This document shows positions 47,378 to 58,300 of a DNA stretch of 64,000 nucleotides, piece after piece. Below the pieces are notes generated by a model that worked only from the letters and a program-made list of their open reading frames with translations, was not told where the DNA came from and made no database searches. Made by a program: the position numbers and the translations under genes. Source of the DNA: Opitutaceae bacterium (GTDB taxonomy: Bacteria; Verrucomicrobiota; Verrucomicrobiia; Opitutales; Opitutaceae); assembly GCA_035546595.1 (NCBI GenBank), contig DASZWO010000046.1, positions 1,952 to 65,951 on the forward strand. The letters run 5' to 3'. Positions within the stretch are counted from its first letter, which is position 1; each line of letters opens with the position of its first letter.

Positions 47378-48754
47378 ATGCCCGCCTGGATCCCCCGCCT
47401 CGCTCCGGCCGCCGCCGGCCTCCTCTTCGCCGCCATGAACGCCCTCGCGGGCGATCCGCCCGCCTCCACCCCGATCACCCCCGTCCCGCCGCAGGCGCAG
47501 CTGCGCGTCGCCACCGTGCAGGTCCGCGTCTCGCCCGACCACGGCGACTGGACCTATTCGCTCGGAGAGCCCGCCCGGTTCCGGGTGAGCATCGTCGCCG
47601 ACAACGAGCCCGTCGAGGGCGTCACGGTCTCCTACAGCGCCGGCCAGGAACAGCGGCCCGCCGAGACGCGCGCCGCCGCGGTTCCGCCGGGAGGGCTGGT
47701 GATCGACGGGGGGACGCTGAAGGAGCCCGGGTTCCTCCGCTGCGCCGTGACGGCGGAGGTGGCGGGCAGGGCCTACCGGGGCCTCGCCACCGCCGCCTAC
47801 GAGCCGGAGAAGATCCGGCCCACCCAGGCGGAGCCGGCGGACTTCGACGCGTTCTGGCGGAAGCAGCGGGCGGATCTGGCCCAGGTGCCGATGGAGGCCA
47901 AGCTCACCCTGCTGCCGGACCAGTGCACCGACAAGGTGAACGTCTACCAGGTGAGCTTCCGGAACGTCAGCCCCGACTGGCTGGAGACGAAGGGGCGCAT
48001 CTACGGCATCTATTGCGAGCCGAAGAAGCCCGGGAAGTACCCCGCGCTGCTCCGCGTCCCGGGCGCGGGCGTGCGGCCCTACTTCGGCGACAAGGCCACC
48101 GCGGACGAGGGGGCGATCACGCTCGAGATCGGCATCCACGGCATCCCGGTCAACCTGCCCCTGGAGCTCTACGACCAGCTCCAGGCCGGCGCGCTCGACG
48201 GCTATTCGCTGTTCAATCTCGACGACAAGGAGACGTACTACTACCGGCGCGTCTTCCTCGGCGTGCTGCGGGCCGACGACTTTCTCGCCTCGCGGGAGTG
48301 CTGGGACGGCCGGCGCCTCGTCGTCGCCGGTGCCAGCCAGGGCGGCTGGCTGACGATCATGGCGGCCGCCCTCGATTCGCGCGTCACCGCCATCGCGGTG
48401 ACCCACCCGGCGGGCTGCGACATGACCGGCGACCTGCACGGCCGCGCCGGCGGCTGGCCCTGGCCCTTCCGCCAGTGGAACTATCCCGCCCCCTCGCCCA
48501 ACGCGACCCAGGCCAAGATCGACACCACCGCCTACTACGACACCGTCAACTTCGCCAAACGCGTGAAGGTGCCCGGCTACTATTCCTGGGGGTATAACGA
48601 CGAGGTCTGCGGACCGACGTCGGTCTACGCCGCCTACAACCTGATCCGCGCGCCGAAGACGCTCGGGGTCACGCTCGAGCTCGGCCATACCTACACCCCC
48701 GAGCAGGGCGAGGCGACCCAGGCGTTCGTCAGGAAATTCCTCGGCCTGAAATAG
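47378..48754 (+). CDS. Acetyl-xylan-esterase (AXE1/CE7-like) alpha/beta hydrolase with N-terminal Ig-like domain, secreted
   Basis: Signal peptide. DFDAFWRKQ...VYQVSF...GIYCEPK region. Nucleophile elbow GASQGG. Confidence 0.75.
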   Translation: MPAWIPRLAPAAAGLLFAAMNALAGDPPASTPITPVPPQAQLRVATVQVRVSPDHGDWTYSLGEPARFRVSIVADNEPVEGVTVSYSAGQEQRPAETRAAAVPPGGLVIDGGTLKEPGFLRCAVTAEVAGRAYRGLATAAYEPEKIRPTQAEPADFDAFWRKQRADLAQVPMEAKLTLLPDQCTDKVNVYQVSFRNVSPDWLETKGRIYGIYCEPKKPGKYPALLRVPGAGVRPYFGDKATADEGAITLEIGIHGIPVNLPLELYDQLQAGALDGYSLFNLDDKETYYYRRVFLGVLRADDFLASRECWDGRRLVVAGASQGGWLTIMAAALDSRVTAIAVTHPAGCDMTGDLHGRAGGWPWPFRQWNYPAPSPNATQAKIDTTAYYDTVNFAKRVKVPGYYSWGYNDEVCGPTSVYAAYNLIRAPKTLGVTLELGHTYTPEQGEATQAFVRKFLGLK

Positions 48755-48765
48755 CCCGCCCCGCC

Positions 48766-50145
48766 GTGAGTTTCCCCTCCGACTTCGCCTGGGGCGCCGC
48801 CGCCGCCGCCTATCAGATCGAGGGCGCCGCCGCGGCGGACGGGCGCAGCCCGTCGATTTGGGACGTCTTCGCGCATGCGCCGGGCAACACCTTCGAGGGG
48901 CACACCGGCGACGTCGCCTGCGACCACTACCACCGGCATGCCGAGGACGTCGCGCTGATGCGAGGCCTCGGCCTGGGCGCCTACCGCCTCTCGCTCTCCT
49001 GGCCGCGCATCATTCCGGGGGGGACCGGCCGGCCGAACGAGGCGGGTTTGGCGTTTTACGACCGCCTGGTCGACGCGCTGCTGGCCGCCGGCATCGCCCC
49101 CTGGGTCACCCTCTACCACTGGGACTTGCCGCAGGCGCTCCAGCTCCGCGGCGGCTGGATGAACCGGGACATCGTGGAATGGTTCGGGGAATACGCGGCG
49201 CTCGTGGCCGGACGGCTGGGCGACCGCGTCGGCCACTGGATGACGATCAACGAGCCGCCGTGCGTGATCGGGCTCGGCTACCAGGAGGGCCTCTTCGCCC
49301 CGGGGCTCAAGCTGGGCTTCCGCGAATGCCTGCTGGGCGCCCACCACCTGCTGCTGGCCCACGGCCGCGGCGTGCAGGCGCTGCGGGCGGGCTGCCGCAG
49401 GCCGGTGAAGATCTCGCTGGCGCACACCAGCCGGGAGCGGATCCCCGCCACGGCGGACGACCGGGAGGCGGCCCGCCGCGACTATTTCGCGAGCACGAGC
49501 CCGGGCCTCTGGAACCTTTCGTGGTGGGCCGACCCCGTCTTCCTCGGCCATTACCCGCACGACGGCCTCGAGGCCTTCCGCGCCGACCTTCCGGCCATCA
49601 CCCATGCCGATCTGAAGCTGATCGGCGAGCCGGTCGATTTCATCGGGTACAACTGCTACACCGGCTGGCGGGTTCGCACGGCGGCGGACGGCGGGGCCGA
49701 GCGGCTGCCGGGCGGGTGGGGCATCGGCAATCCCCGCGGGACCCTCCCCTGGCTCGATGTCGCCCCGGCCGCGCCCTACTGGGCGGCGCATTTCCTGCAC
49801 GAGCGCTACCGCCTGCCGGTGGTCTTCACCGAAAACGGGTTCTGCAACACCGACTTCGTCCAGCTCGACGGCGCCGTGCACGACCCCCAGCGCGTCGACT
49901 TCATGGCCCGCTACCTCGGCGCGATCCGCCGGGCCTGCGCCGAGGGCGTCCCCGTCGCGGGCTACTTCTACTGGTCCATCCTCGACAACTTCGAGTGGAG
50001 GGAGGGCTACAAGGACCGGTTTGGCCTGATCCACGTCGACTACCAAACCCAGAAGCGGACCCCGAAGGATTCCTACGCCTGGTACCGCGGCACGATCCGC
50101 GCCCGCGGGGAGAACCTGCCGCACTTCGCGCCCTTTCCCGCATGA
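48766..50145 (+). CDS. GH1 beta-glucosidase (copy 2)
   Basis: FPSDFAWGAAAAAYQIEG, acid/base TINEPPC, nucleophile FTENGFC. GTG start. Confidence 0.9.
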   Translation: MSFPSDFAWGAAAAAYQIEGAAAADGRSPSIWDVFAHAPGNTFEGHTGDVACDHYHRHAEDVALMRGLGLGAYRLSLSWPRIIPGGTGRPNEAGLAFYDRLVDALLAAGIAPWVTLYHWDLPQALQLRGGWMNRDIVEWFGEYAALVAGRLGDRVGHWMTINEPPCVIGLGYQEGLFAPGLKLGFRECLLGAHHLLLAHGRGVQALRAGCRRPVKISLAHTSRERIPATADDREAARRDYFASTSPGLWNLSWWADPVFLGHYPHDGLEAFRADLPAITHADLKLIGEPVDFIGYNCYTGWRVRTAADGGAERLPGGWGIGNPRGTLPWLDVAPAAPYWAAHFLHERYRLPVVFTENGFCNTDFVQLDGAVHDPQRVDFMARYLGAIRRACAEGVPVAGYFYWSILDNFEWREGYKDRFGLIHVDYQTQKRTPKDSYAWYRGTIRARGENLPHFAPFPA

Positions 50146-51350
50146 AAAAACTGCTGCTCCTCCTCCTCGTCCCGCTCTCCCCGCTCCCCGCCATGGCCCA
50201 GAAATTCGCCGGTCTCGCTTTGACGCCCCCGATGGGCTGGAACAGCTGGAACACGTTCGCCACCGACGTCCGCGAGTCGCTGGTGAGGACCACGGCCGAC
50301 GCGATGGTGGCCAACGGCATGCGCGACGCCGGCTACGTCTACCTCGTGCTCGACGACGGCTGGTCGCAGAAGCAGCGGGACGGGGCCGGCAACCTCGTCC
50401 CCGACCCCGGCAAGTTCCCCGGCGGGATGAAGGCGCTGGCCGACTACCTGCACGCCCGCGGCCTCAAGCTCGGCATCTATTCCTGCGCCGGCCCGCGCAC
50501 CTGCGCCGACTACCCCGGCAGCTGGGGCCACGAATTCCAGGACGCCCGCCTCTTCGCCTCCTGGGGGGTGGACTACCTCAAATACGATTGGTGCAACCAC
50601 GGCACGGCCGACGCGCGGGACGCCTACAGCCGGATGCGGGACGCCCTCCATGCGGCGGGCCGGCCCGTCGTCTTCAGCATCTGCGAATGGGGCCAGAACC
50701 GGCCCTGGGAGTGGGGGGCGGACGTCGGCAACCTCTGGCGCACGACGGGCGACATCTATGCCTCCTACGACGGACTGAAGGGATGGGCGCGGGGCTGGAA
50801 GCGCATCCTGGACCTCCAGTACAGCCTGGTGGACAACATCGGCGCGGACGGCCTGAACAAGTACGCCGGCCCCGGGCACTGGAACGATCCCGACATGCTG
50901 GAGGTGGGCAACGCCGGCCTGAGCCTGGCGGAGTCGCGCGCGCATTTCTCGCTTTGGTGCGTCATCGCCGCCCCCCTCATGGCCGGAAACGACGTCACGA
51001 GGATGACGCCGGAGGTCCGCGCCATCCTGACGGACAGGGACGTGATCGCGATCGACCAGGATCCCCTGGGGAAGCAGGGCTTCCGCGCCCTGGCCGAGCC
51101 GGCCAAGAACATCGAGGTCTGGGTCAAGCCCCTGCAGGGCGGCGAGTGGGCGGTCTGCGCCCTCAACACCGCGGCCGAGCCCGCCGACCTGACCGTCGAA
51201 TGGAGCCAGCTCTGGACGCTCGGCCCGGGGACCTACGCGGTGCGCGACGTCTGGTCGAAGCAGGCCGCGGGCGACACCCGCCGGCCGCTGACGGTGCGCG
51301 TGGCCTCGCACGACGTCGCGCTCTACCGGCTGACCCCGGAGGCGAAGTGA
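50142..51350 (+). CDS. GH27 alpha-galactosidase, secreted
   Basis: Signal peptide MKKLLLLLLVPLSPLPAMA. TPPMGWNSWN, VLDDGW, YLKYDWC motifs. The ATG overlaps the GH1 stop (ATGA). Confidence 0.9.
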   Translation: MKKLLLLLLVPLSPLPAMAQKFAGLALTPPMGWNSWNTFATDVRESLVRTTADAMVANGMRDAGYVYLVLDDGWSQKQRDGAGNLVPDPGKFPGGMKALADYLHARGLKLGIYSCAGPRTCADYPGSWGHEFQDARLFASWGVDYLKYDWCNHGTADARDAYSRMRDALHAAGRPVVFSICEWGQNRPWEWGADVGNLWRTTGDIYASYDGLKGWARGWKRILDLQYSLVDNIGADGLNKYAGPGHWNDPDMLEVGNAGLSLAESRAHFSLWCVIAAPLMAGNDVTRMTPEVRAILTDRDVIAIDQDPLGKQGFRALAEPAKNIEVWVKPLQGGEWAVCALNTAAEPADLTVEWSQLWTLGPGTYAVRDVWSKQAAGDTRRPLTVRVASHDVALYRLTPEAK

Positions 51351-51363
51351 GGGCGGGCCCGAC

Positions 51364-51392
51364 TCTCAACCCGGCGACAAAGGATCTCATTA
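51364..51392 (+). promoter_or_regulatory. Degenerate copy of the bipartite motif (TCTCAACCCG-N12-CTCATTA) upstream of the beta-mannosidase gene
   Basis: 7 of 10 and 6 of 7 positions match, with the same 12-nt spacer. Ends about 70 nt upstream of the GTG start at 51464. Confidence 0.35.
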
Positions 51393-51463
51393 ACAATCCC
51401 GCCGCTCTCGGGTAAAGGTTAGGCGCGGCCCCGGGCCGCACCACCCCGAGACGTTCCGCTGCT

Positions 51464-53935
51464 GTGCAACGACTTTCCCTAGCCGCCGCCTCCTGGCGCT
51501 TTCGCGACTGCTCCGGCCGGAAATGGCTTCCGGCCGCGGTTCCCGGCTGCGTCCACCAGGACCTGCGGCGGGCCGGGGCGATTCCCGACCCGTTCTGGGG
51601 GCGCAATGAGCTGGACCTCCAGTGGATCGAGGAGCGCGACTGGGAGTACCGCGCCGAATTCGACGTGCCCGCGGCGCTCCTGGCCGAGGAGGCGGTGGAG
51701 CTCGTCGCCGACGGCCTCGACACGCTGGCGACGGTCTCGCTCAACGGCCGGGAGATCGGGCGGACGGACAACATGTTCGTCGCCCACCGCTGGAGCGTGC
51801 GGGGCCGCCTGCGCCGGGGCCGCAACGTCCTCCTCGTCCGCTTCGCCAGCGCCGCCGCCTACATCCGCACCCACCGGCTCGGCCACCGGCCGCGCGAATT
51901 CAACGACCCGGTCGGCCGCTGCCAGGTCCTGCGCAAGCAGCAGTGCCAGTTCGGCTGGGACTGGGGGCCGCGCTTCGTCACCGCCGGCATCTGGCGCGAT
52001 CTCCGGCTCGAGGCCTGGAGCGGCAACCGCCTCGCCGGCCTGCGGGTGTCCCAGGCCCACGCGCCCAACGGGACGGTCGCGCTCACGCTCGCCCCCGAGC
52101 TGGCTCGGCCGGAGCGGCCCGTGGTCTGCCACTACCGCCTCAAGCTCGGCGACATCCTCGTCGAGGAGGGCTCGGGCAGCCGCATCCTGGTCGAGCATCC
52201 GCAGCTTTGGTGGCCCAACGGGCACGGCGGCCAGCCGCTCTACAGCCTGGCGGTCGAGGTCCGGCGGCGCGACGGCACCCTGCTGGGGACCTGGATGAAC
52301 CGGATCGGGCTGCGGACCGTCGCCCTCGACCGCCATCGGGACGGCGGGGGCGAGACCTTCCAGTTCGTCGTCAACGGGCGCCCGCTCTTCGCCAAGGGGG
52401 CCAACTGGATCCCGGCCCACAGCTTCGTCGCCGGGCTCCAGCGGGAGGACTACGCCCGCGACCTCCGCGCCGCGAAGGCGGCGCACATGAACATGGTCCG
52501 GGTCTGGGGGGGCGGGATCTACGAGGCGGAGGATTTCTACGACCTCTGCGACGAGCTCGGCCTCCTGGTCTGGCAGGACTTCATGTTCGCCTGCTCGATC
52601 TACCCCGGGGACGCCGCCTTCCAGCGCAGCGTCCGGGCGGAGGCCGAGCAGCAGGTCCGCCGGCTCCGCCACCGCGCCTGCCTGGCGCTGTGGTGCGGCA
52701 ACAACGAGATCGAGCAGCTCAACGCGGACCTGCTGGAGCAGCCGGGGCTGCGGCGCAACTACCGCGACCTCTTCGAGCGCCTGCTCCCGCGCGCCGTGGG
52801 CCGGCACGACGGGGTCACCGCCTACTGGCCCTCGTCCGCCCACCGGCCGGACCGCGACAACGGCCCGGCGGCCGGGGAGCGGCACGGCGACACCCATTTT
52901 TGGGACGTCTGGCACATCCGCCGCCCGGTGAAGGACTACGAGAAATGGCGTTTCCGCTTCGTGTCGGAATTCGGGATGCAGAGCTACAGCTCGCCGGAGA
53001 CCCAGGCCACCTTCTGCCCGGCCGGGGACGGCAATGTCTTCGGGCCGGAGATGGAGAACCACCAGAAGAACCGGGCGGGCAACCAGGTGATCCTGGACTA
53101 CGTCTCCCGCCGCTACCGCTTCCCCAAGTCCCAGACCGACCTGGTCTACCTCTCCCAGCTCAACCAGGCCTATTGCATGCAGACCGGGGTGGAGCACTAC
53201 CGCCGGCTGATGCCGCACTGCATGGGGGCGCTCTACTGGCAGCTCAACGACTGCTGGCCGGCGGCCTCCTGGAGCTCGATCGAATTCACCGGCCGCTGGC
53301 GCGCGCTGCATTTCCTCGCCCGGCGGTTCTTCGCGCCGGCCCTGGTCAGCGTCCACCTCCCGGGCGACGAGGAGATCACCATCGGCAACTACCGGCGCTC
53401 CAGCGTCGACACGGCGCACCTCTACACCGTCTACGACGCCCCCGCCCCCGCCCGCGGCCTGCTCCGCTGGGAGCTTTTCCATGTCGGCGGCAAGGTGCTG
53501 CTGCGGGGCCGCTGCGCCGTGGGGCTGCGCTACGGCCACAGCGTGCGGCACCGGACCCTCCGGCTCGGCGGGCTCCTTGGCCGCCACGGGCGCGACAACC
53601 TCGTCCTCCGGGCGGTGCTGGAGGTCGGGGGCCGCCGCGTGAGCGAGACCTCGGCCTTCTTCGCCCCGCCCCGCTTCGTGGCGCTGCCCAAGGCGCGGAC
53701 CACGGCCACGGTCACCCTGCGGGGGCCGAACCGAGCGAGGCTGAGCTTCGCCTCCGACGCCTTCCAGCACCGCTTCGCCTTCGACCTGGCCGGCGTCGCC
53801 TACCAGGCGGACGACAACTACTTCGACCTCTTCCCCGGCGAGACCAGGACGGTGGAGATCGCCCTCGCCCGCCCGCGGACGGCCGCCCAGCTGCGGGCGG
53901 CGCTCAGCCACCGCTCCCTCGCTGACACCTACTGA
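51464..53935 (+). CDS. GH2 beta-mannosidase
   Basis: N-terminus WRFRD...VPGCVHQDLRRAGAIPDPFWGRNE is typical of beta-mannosidases. Acid/base WCGNNEIE, nucleophile FVSEFGMQS. 823 aa. Confidence 0.85.
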   Translation: MQRLSLAAASWRFRDCSGRKWLPAAVPGCVHQDLRRAGAIPDPFWGRNELDLQWIEERDWEYRAEFDVPAALLAEEAVELVADGLDTLATVSLNGREIGRTDNMFVAHRWSVRGRLRRGRNVLLVRFASAAAYIRTHRLGHRPREFNDPVGRCQVLRKQQCQFGWDWGPRFVTAGIWRDLRLEAWSGNRLAGLRVSQAHAPNGTVALTLAPELARPERPVVCHYRLKLGDILVEEGSGSRILVEHPQLWWPNGHGGQPLYSLAVEVRRRDGTLLGTWMNRIGLRTVALDRHRDGGGETFQFVVNGRPLFAKGANWIPAHSFVAGLQREDYARDLRAAKAAHMNMVRVWGGGIYEAEDFYDLCDELGLLVWQDFMFACSIYPGDAAFQRSVRAEAEQQVRRLRHRACLALWCGNNEIEQLNADLLEQPGLRRNYRDLFERLLPRAVGRHDGVTAYWPSSAHRPDRDNGPAAGERHGDTHFWDVWHIRRPVKDYEKWRFRFVSEFGMQSYSSPETQATFCPAGDGNVFGPEMENHQKNRAGNQVILDYVSRRYRFPKSQTDLVYLSQLNQAYCMQTGVEHYRRLMPHCMGALYWQLNDCWPAASWSSIEFTGRWRALHFLARRFFAPALVSVHLPGDEEITIGNYRRSSVDTAHLYTVYDAPAPARGLLRWELFHVGGKVLLRGRCAVGLRYGHSVRHRTLRLGGLLGRHGRDNLVLRAVLEVGGRRVSETSAFFAPPRFVALPKARTTATVTLRGPNRARLSFASDAFQHRFAFDLAGVAYQADDNYFDLFPGETRTVEIALARPRTAAQLRAALSHRSLADTY

Positions 53936-53980
53936 CCTGCGGGCTTGCGCGGGGCCCGCCCGGTTCCCAGGGTCCGAGGC

Positions 53981-55144
53981 GTGAGACCCCAGGTCCTCCT
54001 GGTCTTCCTGACGCGCTTCGAGGAGAGCATGGCCATGCTGAAGGGCGTCATGCACTACGAGCGCACCCACCAGATCTGGACCGCCTTCCACGACGACCAG
54101 GCGCGGGCCGAACTCGACCCCCGCTGGCTCGACGGCAAGCAGTGGGACGGGGTGATCAGCCGGCACACCACGCCCGGCCTGGTCGCCACCTGCCGGAAGC
54201 TCAACCTGCCGCTGGTGGACCTGAACGACACCCCGGTTTTTCCCGGCGTCCCCAAGATCCGGCCGGACAACGTCGCGATCGGCCATCTCGCGGCCGAGCA
54301 TTTCCTCGAGCGCGGCTTTCAGAATTTCGGGTTCACCGGCTTTTCCAACGAGGGATGGTCGTGCGAGCGCCGCGACGGATTCCTCGAGGCGCTGCGCCTC
54401 GCCGGCCGCGACTGCCACCTCCACGACGTCAACTATCCGGGCGACGTCACGCCGGCCTGGGACCTGGACCAGATCTCGGGGCTCTCCGCCTGGCTGCGCC
54501 GGCTGCCCAAGCCGGTCGGCGTGATGGCCTGCTTCGACCTGCGCGCGCACCAGATCCTGACCGCGGCCCACGCCAACGGCATCCTGGTCCCGGAGGAGAT
54601 CGCGGTGGTCGGGGCCAACAACGATCCGATCCGGTGCGAGCTCGCCTCGCCGCCGCTCAGCAGCGTCGCCCCCAACGCCTTCCAGTCCGGCTACCGCGCC
54701 GCCGAGGTCCTCGCCGGGCTCCTCGCCGGGAGCAAGTTTCCGGACTTCGACGAGCGCATCGAGCCCGTCGGGATCGTGACCCGGCTTTCCAGCGACGTGC
54801 TCGCGATCGACGACCGCGCGGTCGCCTCGGCGCTCAGCGTGATCCGGGAGCACGCCTGCCACGGGCTGACGGTCGACGAGATCGTGAGGCAGGCGCACGC
54901 CTCCCGCAGCCAGCTGGAGAAGAAGTTCCGGCGCCACCTCGGGCGCTCGCCCCAGGCGGAGATCCGCCGGGTCCAGGTGGAGAAAATCCGGCGGCTGCTG
55001 ATCGAAACCGACTTCCCCCTGAAGAAGGTGGCCGAGCTCGCCGGCTTCGAGCACGTGGAGTACATGTGCGTCGTTTTCAAGCGGTTGGTGGGGGATTCGC
55101 CCGGCGAATTCCGCCGCAAAACCCAAGCAAAGAGCATTCAGTAG
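53981..55144 (+). CDS. XylR-type regulator (sugar-binding PBP-like domain + AraC-family HTH)
   Basis: C-terminal AraC HTH (SRSQLEKKFRRHLGRSPQAEIRR...KKVAELAGFEHVEYMCVVFKRLVGDSPGEFRR). The GTG at 53981 is preferred and the TTG at 53945 is also possible. Confidence 0.8.
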   Translation: MRPQVLLVFLTRFEESMAMLKGVMHYERTHQIWTAFHDDQARAELDPRWLDGKQWDGVISRHTTPGLVATCRKLNLPLVDLNDTPVFPGVPKIRPDNVAIGHLAAEHFLERGFQNFGFTGFSNEGWSCERRDGFLEALRLAGRDCHLHDVNYPGDVTPAWDLDQISGLSAWLRRLPKPVGVMACFDLRAHQILTAAHANGILVPEEIAVVGANNDPIRCELASPPLSSVAPNAFQSGYRAAEVLAGLLAGSKFPDFDERIEPVGIVTRLSSDVLAIDDRAVASALSVIREHACHGLTVDEIVRQAHASRSQLEKKFRRHLGRSPQAEIRRVQVEKIRRLLIETDFPLKKVAELAGFEHVEYMCVVFKRLVGDSPGEFRRKTQAKSIQ

Positions 55145-55204
55145 AGCCCCGGGCCGGCGGAACAGCCGCGCTGGGAGATAGCGTTAAATCTAGTCGGCAA
55201 TAGG

Positions 55205-55233
55205 TCTTAATTCGGGTGCAAGTGAACTCATTC
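55205..55233 (+). promoter_or_regulatory. Bipartite motif TCTTAATTCG-N12-CTCATTC upstream of the TonB-dependent receptor gene
   Basis: Exact match to 47296-47324, 100 nt upstream of the ATG at 55333. Preceded at 55182-55190 by CGTTAAATC. Confidence 0.45.
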
Positions 55234-55332
55234 ACGGCGGAGGGGCCGGCTGCTATAGTCGCCACGCTCCCACACCCCGCGACGGAACCGAAACCCTACA
55301 TTCGGGCCGCTCTGTAGGCCCTTTTCTACCCC

Positions 55333-58300
55333 ATGCAATCCGCACTCCGTACCCGCGTGCCGTTTGGCGCCTTCGGCGCCATCTCCGCACTCTGCCTGAT
55401 GACCGGCACCGGTCTTTGGGCCCAGGTGGCTAATCCCAACTCCGCGGCCGCCACGGCCCCGGCACCCAGCACGACGGCGACGCCGACGCCCACCCAGGTG
55501 GCGGCAGCCTCGGACTCCTACACTCCGCCGGAAAGCGTCGTGCGGATGGACCCCTTCTCCGTCTCGACGGAGAACGAGGGCTATCAGGCCGTCGACACCC
55601 TGGGCGGCGCCCGGGTCGCGACGAAGCTGAAGGACACGCCGTCGGCGCTCACGGTCGTCACCCCGGCGCTGCTGGCGGACACCGGCATCACCAACGCCAC
55701 CGACCTCTACGTCTATACGACCAACACCGAAGTCGCGGGCCTCAACGGCAACTTCTCGGGCGTGTCCTCGCGCGGCATCGGCGTGAGCAACAACGCGGAG
55801 GCCGGGCGGCTGGCCAATCCCGCCGGCACCAACCGGGCGCGCGGGCTGACCGCGATGGACAGCACCCGCAACTACTTCGTCAGCGACATTCCCTGGGACT
55901 CCTTCGACATCAGCCGCATCGACATCTCGCGCGGCCCGAACTCCTTCCTCTTCGGCGTCGGCAGCCCCTCGGGCATCGCGAACTACTCCACCAACGAGGC
56001 GATCTTCAAGGACGAGGGCAACGTCGAGCTGCGCACCGGCAGCTACGGAACCACCCGGCAGTCGCTGGACTATAACAAGACGCTCATCCCCGGGGAGCTC
56101 GCCCTGCGGGTCGACCTGCTGAACGACGACACCCAGTTCCGGCAGAAGCCGGCGTTCAATCACCAGCAGCGCGCCTACGCCGCCCTGCGCTTCGATCCCG
56201 CGGCGCTGGCCACCAGCTCCAGCCACATGAAGATCGACCTCAACGCCGAGGCCGGCCGGGTCCGCTCGAACAACCCGCGCGAACTGCCCCCGCTGGACTT
56301 CATCAGCGGCTATTTCGCGGGAGGCCTGAACAAGGGCGGCTACGATCCCTTCGTCTACAACACCAACCAGCAGCTGACCGGCGTGGGCTCCTTCACCGGC
56401 GTCTCGGCCTGGGTCAACGCCCAGGACATCCACTACCTCTGGCCGGGCCCGAACGCCTCGTACATCTACGACGGGAACAGCGGCGCCCTGCTGGGGGCCC
56501 GGACCACGTTCAACGGGGCGAACGACGTGAACGGCGTCGGTCTCACGTCCTTCCCGCAGGCGGCCCCCCTCTACACGACCGGCTTCGCCAACTACGCGCG
56601 CACCGTGAACTACCGCACCCTGGTGAACGGGGCGGACACGACCGCGAGCAAGTTCAACGGGGCCTATGCGGGCACGGTCACCTACGGCGACAAGTCGCTG
56701 ACCAATCCCTCGATCTTCAACTTCTACGACAACCTGATCGACGGCCCGAACAAGCAGGAGTGGCAGGACTGGAAGGCGTTCAACGCCACGGTGGAGGAAT
56801 CGCTGCTCAGCGGCCGCCTCGCGATCCAGGGAGTGGTCGACCACCAGGACTACACCCAGGGCCAGGCCACCATCTTCGGCTACACCGAGCCGTTCATCTC
56901 GGTCGATCTCGACTCCAACCTGATCGAATACCCCTCCTGGTCCGGCATGGCGGTGGCCAATCCGAACGCCGGGCGGCCCTTCATCGCCGGCGACTTCAGC
57001 AACGGCGACAACAGCACCCACACCATCCGCGACAACTACCAGCTGACCGCCAACGGTGAAATCCGCGCGGATGACTTCCTGCCCAAGGGGGGGCTGCTCG
57101 CCGAGATCCTCGGCACCCACTCGATCACCGGCCTGCTCGGCGAGTACCGGACCAAGATCGACTACCGCGCCTGGGACGGCGACGCCACCGACGTGGCCTT
57201 CGCCAACGCCATGGGCGACGCCACCGGAAACATCTCCGGCTACCGCGGGATTTCCTGGGTTTCGTACCTCGGGGCCAGCATGGTCAACACCCCGTCCGCC
57301 TCGGGCCTGAACCTCAGCCGGATCGCCAACCCGATCCAGCCGATCAGCGGCTCGGTGCTGAGCTTCAACAACACCTGGACCGCCACGGGCGTCAGCCCGA
57401 GCGCCCCCTGGACGGATCCCTCGCCCTATGCGACGAACCCGTCCACCCAGGCGGAGAACCCGGCGAACTACAAGGGCTGGACCTCGATGACCGCCAACGT
57501 GCTCAACTGGCATGACAACATCAGCCAGCTGTACACCAACGGCAATCTGACCCAGCAGAACCTGCGCTCCGGGGCCTTCATGTACCAGGGCCACCTCTGG
57601 GACGACATCATCGTCCCCGAATTCGGCTGGAGGCGCGACGAGATCGACCAGAGCTCCGCCAACGCCCCGCTGGACCCCAACACCCACGTGGCCAGCATGA
57701 ACTACGGGATCACCGGCAGCCCGGCCACGGTCACCACGACCTCGACCAGCTGGGGCGTGAGCCTGCACCTGCCGAAGCAGATCCAGAGCCGCCTGCCGCT
57801 GGGTTCGGACCTGAGCGTCTATTACTTCCACGGCAACAACCAGACGCCGAAGGTCCGCTACGCCTTCGACACCACCCAGCTGCCCAATGAGTCGGGCAAG
57901 ACGGACGACTACGGCGTCCAGCTCGACACCTTGAACGGCCACGCCACGGTCCGGGTCACGTTCTTCAAGACGCTCGACCAGAACGCCGCCGCCGGTTCGG
58001 GCGCCGCGGACCCGCTCGGGGCCAACGGCTACTACCTCTACCTGCTCCCCGCCTGGGGCGCGGGCGACGCCGGCCTCGACGCGCTGGGCCTCGCCGGCAG
58101 CACGGCCGACGGCGGCTTCTCCCAGAACACCGGAGACCTCAAGGCCGAGGCGGCGAGCGTGGCGGACTGGAAGGCGAACTTCGCCAAGTACTTCCCGCAG
58201 CAGTTCTTCGACGCCTACGGCCTCGGAGTGAACGTGGGGGCGATCACCTCGGGCAATTGGGCCAACGTCTACAACAACCCGAACACGGTCAACTACCCCT

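Noticed and set aside
51405-51440. GC-rich palindrome GCGGCCCCGGGCCGC after the GH27 gene as a terminator
   Set aside because: The loop would be too small and no T-tract follows, so it is not convincing as an intrinsic terminator.
51479-55126. 1215-aa minus-strand ORF opposite the beta-mannosidase and XylR genes
   Set aside because: High-GC shadow frame with no recognisable domain. Both + strand genes have clear catalytic or HTH motifs.
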